64,000 nt of DNA, from NCBI GenBank assembly GCA_002327445.1, contig DCWA01000022.1:44540-108539 (forward strand), read 5' to 3'. Shown here piece after piece: positions 61,889 through 64,000 of this stretch (its first letter is position 1; the number at the start of each line of letters is the position of its first letter). A model generated the notes under the pieces. The model was not told the origin of the DNA and did no database searches. It saw only the letters and a list, made by a program, of their open reading frames with translations. The stretch is from Desulfobacteraceae bacterium UBA2174 (GTDB taxonomy: Bacteria > Desulfobacterota > Desulfobacteria > Desulfobacterales > UBA2174). The translations under genes and the position numbers were made by a program.

Positions 61889-63067
61889 TCAAGCGAAACC
61901 GTTTTCCTTGTGTTTTTGGGCTATGGTTTCGGCCATTTGCTCCAGTTTTTCAAAAACCTCCGGCGAAGGCTTCCCCTTGCACAGCACCGGATCGATCACC
62001 TCGACCTTCAAATTGGGAATCATGCCGGCCAGGGTTTCCACCATCTTGCCGCCCCAGCCATAGGAACCGAGGATCGACAGGAACTTGGCCTTGGGCCGCA
62101 GGGCATTGGCCAGCAGGGTGGCGTAGGCGGCCAGGGGATGGGGGCCGGTGAGCACCGTCGGGGTGGCCACGATCACCGTTCCCGCGTCCACCAGGGCAAT
62201 GGCCAGCTTGCCGATGTCGGTCACCGCCAGGTTGAACAGCTCCACCCGCACGCCGCGGTCCACCAGAGCGGCGGCCAGGTGATCGACCATGATGCGCGTG
62301 CTGCCGTGCATCGACACGAAGGGGAGCACCACCGTGTTGTGGGGTGGCCCCTCGACCCAATCGCGGTAGGCGTCCACGATCCACGCCGGCTCATCGTAGA
62401 TCTGGCCGTGGCTCGGGGCGATCATGCGGACGTCGTAGCCTTCCAGATTGGCGATGTTCTTCTGGATCACGCCGCGAAAAGGCATCATGATTTCGGCGAA
62501 ATAGCGTTTGGCCGCCTCGTACACGCGCCCTTTGTCGGTGACGAACAGATCCGACGCGGCGATGTGCGATCCGTAGAAGTCGCAGGTGAACAGGATGCGG
62601 TCCTCCCGCAGGTAGGTCACCATGGTCTCGGGCCAGTGGACCCATGGCGTGTGGATGAATTCGAGGGTCTTGCCGCCGAGGGACAGGACCTCCTTGTCGG
62701 CCACGGTGACAAAAGCCGATTCCGGCAAGGTGAACAGATCGATGAGCATGGTCTTGGCCTTGGGGGTGGCCACCACCTTGGCCGCGGGGTATTTCTCCAG
62801 CACCCGGGCGATGGTGCCGGAGTGGTCGCCCTCGGCATGCTGGGAGACGATGAAGTCGATTTTGGGCACCGCTTCGAGCTGGGCCATCAGCACGTCGGCC
62901 ATGGGCGGGTCCACCGTGTCCAACAGGGCGGTCTTTTCGGTCCCTTGAATCAGGTAGGCGTTGTAGGAAGTGCCGTCGGGAAGTGGAATGAGGGAGTCGA
63001 AGAGCCGCCGATCCCAGTCGATGGCCCCCAGCCAATGAACATTCTCCGCGATCTGACGCATGCGCAT
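61889..63067 (-). CDS. fprA: Flavodiiron protein (FprA / rubredoxin:oxygen oxidoreductase type)
   Basis: Metallo-beta-lactamase-like domain with SQHAEGDHSG followed by a flavodoxin-like domain (ILGSYGWGG). Confidence 0.88.
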   Translation of the reverse strand: MRMRQIAENVHWLGAIDWDRRLFDSLIPLPDGTSYNAYLIQGTEKTALLDTVDPPMADVLMAQLEAVPKIDFIVSQHAEGDHSGTIARVLEKYPAAKVVATPKAKTMLIDLFTLPESAFVTVADKEVLSLGGKTLEFIHTPWVHWPETMVTYLREDRILFTCDFYGSHIAASDLFVTDKGRVYEAAKRYFAEIMMPFRGVIQKNIANLEGYDVRMIAPSHGQIYDEPAWIVDAYRDWVEGPPHNTVVLPFVSMHGSTRIMVDHLAAALVDRGVRVELFNLAVTDIGKLAIALVDAGTVIVATPTVLTGPHPLAAYATLLANALRPKAKFLSILGSYGWGGKMVETLAGMIPNLKVEVIDPVLCKGKPSPEVFEKLEQMAETIAQKHKENGFA

Positions 63068-63226
63068 GGATCTGTCTCCTTGTTAAGTTTTTTAGATTTA
63101 CTTATAAAAAACCAATAAGCACCCGGCCACCGGTGGTCAACCGGGGCCGCACCCGCCGCGGACCTCGAATTTGCAAATCGCGCCCCACCCCGGAGGCCAC
63201 ATACGGGATACTCTTTTCCGGATGTT

Positions 63227-63784
63227 TCAAGCCATCAAATAGGTGTCCCGCAGGGTATGCAGCAGCGTGTGAAAGGCCTCGTGGGTCCCAACCCCGATGC
63301 GTTCGCGCTCCAGTCTCTCGAAGGATTCGAAGAGCCGGGCGTCGGTATCGGCGTCAAGCCGGGCATCGGCCATGGGGAAGAGCACCGTGTTTTCCTTAAC
63401 GATATGGGCACGAAGCAGATCCACGTAAGCCATCATGGTCTGCTGAAGGTCGCCTCCAGCCGAACGGTCTCCGCCCCCGTAGCGCGCCCACGCAGCCTTG
63501 AACTTGGCCACGAGCTGTCGTCCGCTTTCGTGCTCACCGAGCAGCACGCCGATGGGGCCGTTTTGCCTGGCCACGCCTGCGGACTCCAGGGCGGGGAACA
63601 GGAATTCCTCTTCCTTGCCGTGGTGGCACTTGTCCACAAATACCGTCAGAAACGAGATGATGCCATCCAGGTGGGCACTGTCCAGGGTTTCCCCCCGGCC
63701 CGCCTTCTCGCCGAGGGCCTGCATCACGCGCAGCATCAATTCGATGCCTTCGTGTTCATTCTTCAGTTCTTCAGTCGCCTTCAT
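63227..63784 (-). CDS. Hemerythrin-domain protein
   Basis: From MKATEELKNEHEGIE (ATG 63784 follows GGAGGAG). H..E and HHGKEEEFLFP motifs, plus HIVKENTVLFP. Confidence 0.8.
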   Translation of the reverse strand: MKATEELKNEHEGIELMLRVMQALGEKAGRGETLDSAHLDGIISFLTVFVDKCHHGKEEEFLFPALESAGVARQNGPIGVLLGEHESGRQLVAKFKAAWARYGGGDRSAGGDLQQTMMAYVDLLRAHIVKENTVLFPMADARLDADTDARLFESFERLERERIGVGTHEAFHTLLHTLRDTYLMA

Positions 63785-63834
63785 TTGATTCTCCTCCACC
63801 CAATTTTTTGTTGTCTCTGCCCAGACAGCCCTGG

Positions 63835-64000
63835 TCACGACCCCTTGCCGAAAGGACACAAAGGATAGCGGCACCGGGGGCAATCGAGGCACAACCCGCC
63901 GTGTCCCAAGCGGGCGATTTCATCGCGCGCCAATCGCTCGCCGGCCAAGATACGGGGAAGCACCAGATCCAGGATTGTGGTCTGATGGTGAACCGCGCAG
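63835..64000 (-). CDS. 3' end of an unidentified Cys-rich protein (partial, runs off the window)
   Basis: The minus-strand frame reads ...LARDEIARLGHGGLCLDCPRCRYPLCPFGKGS-stop. Too short to assign. Confidence 0.3.
   Translation of the reverse strand, partial: CAVHHQTTILDLVLPRILAGERLARDEIARLGHGGLCLDCPRCRYPLCPFGKGS

Overview
GC-rich chromosomal window. The gene content suggests an anaerobic Desulfobacterota-type sulfate reducer or syntroph (inference): DsrC, Flx/Hdr-type electron-bifurcation genes with selenocysteine codons, ETF plus a membrane Fe-S oxidoreductase, an AhbA/B-like siroheme decarboxylase subunit, and several sigma-54/two-component regulators. Layout: cobalamin late-step genes cobO-cobU-cobS-cobD-cbiB (0.1-4.0 kb); pfpI; clpS-clpA; secA; two PAS histidine kinases; tetR, acyl-CoA dehydrogenase, membrane Fe-S oxidoreductase and etfBA (13.5-20.4 kb); a CN-hydrolase; a GcvH-like gene behind a sigma-54-type promoter; an HK/NtrC-type regulator/archaemetzincin operon; ahb-like gene, yjbQ, dsrC; hdrL-flxDCBA (27.9-35.7 kb); miaA; a REC-REC-PPDK_N protein; a complete Lap-type c-di-GMP-controlled type I secretion adhesin system (40.6-51.7 kb); nadE flanked by REP-like palindromic elements; TIGR01212-type radical SAM gene, mnmG, cbpA-like gene, hpt, a zinc-ribbon/DUF3426 gene, tRNA-Met(CAT), a flavodiiron protein and a hemerythrin-domain protein. 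I saw no rRNA, CRISPR, transposase, integrase or phage genes. Most notable observations: (1) two in-frame TGA codons at conserved Cys positions of MvhD/FlxD and of a 1483-codon HdrA-like gene, both split by the ORF track; these are read as selenocysteine. (2) The hdrL-flxDCBA operon has no hdrBC and sits beside an independently transcribed dsrC. (3) Two different frame-disrupting lesions lie in the Lap secretion genes: a perfect 13-bp tandem duplication in the TolC-like gene and a G-run indel in the ABC transporter. (4) Intergenic arrays of 7-9 bp tandem repeats recur, including opposed GTGGAC/GTCCAC arrays. All family assignments come from reading motifs by eye; no database search was run.
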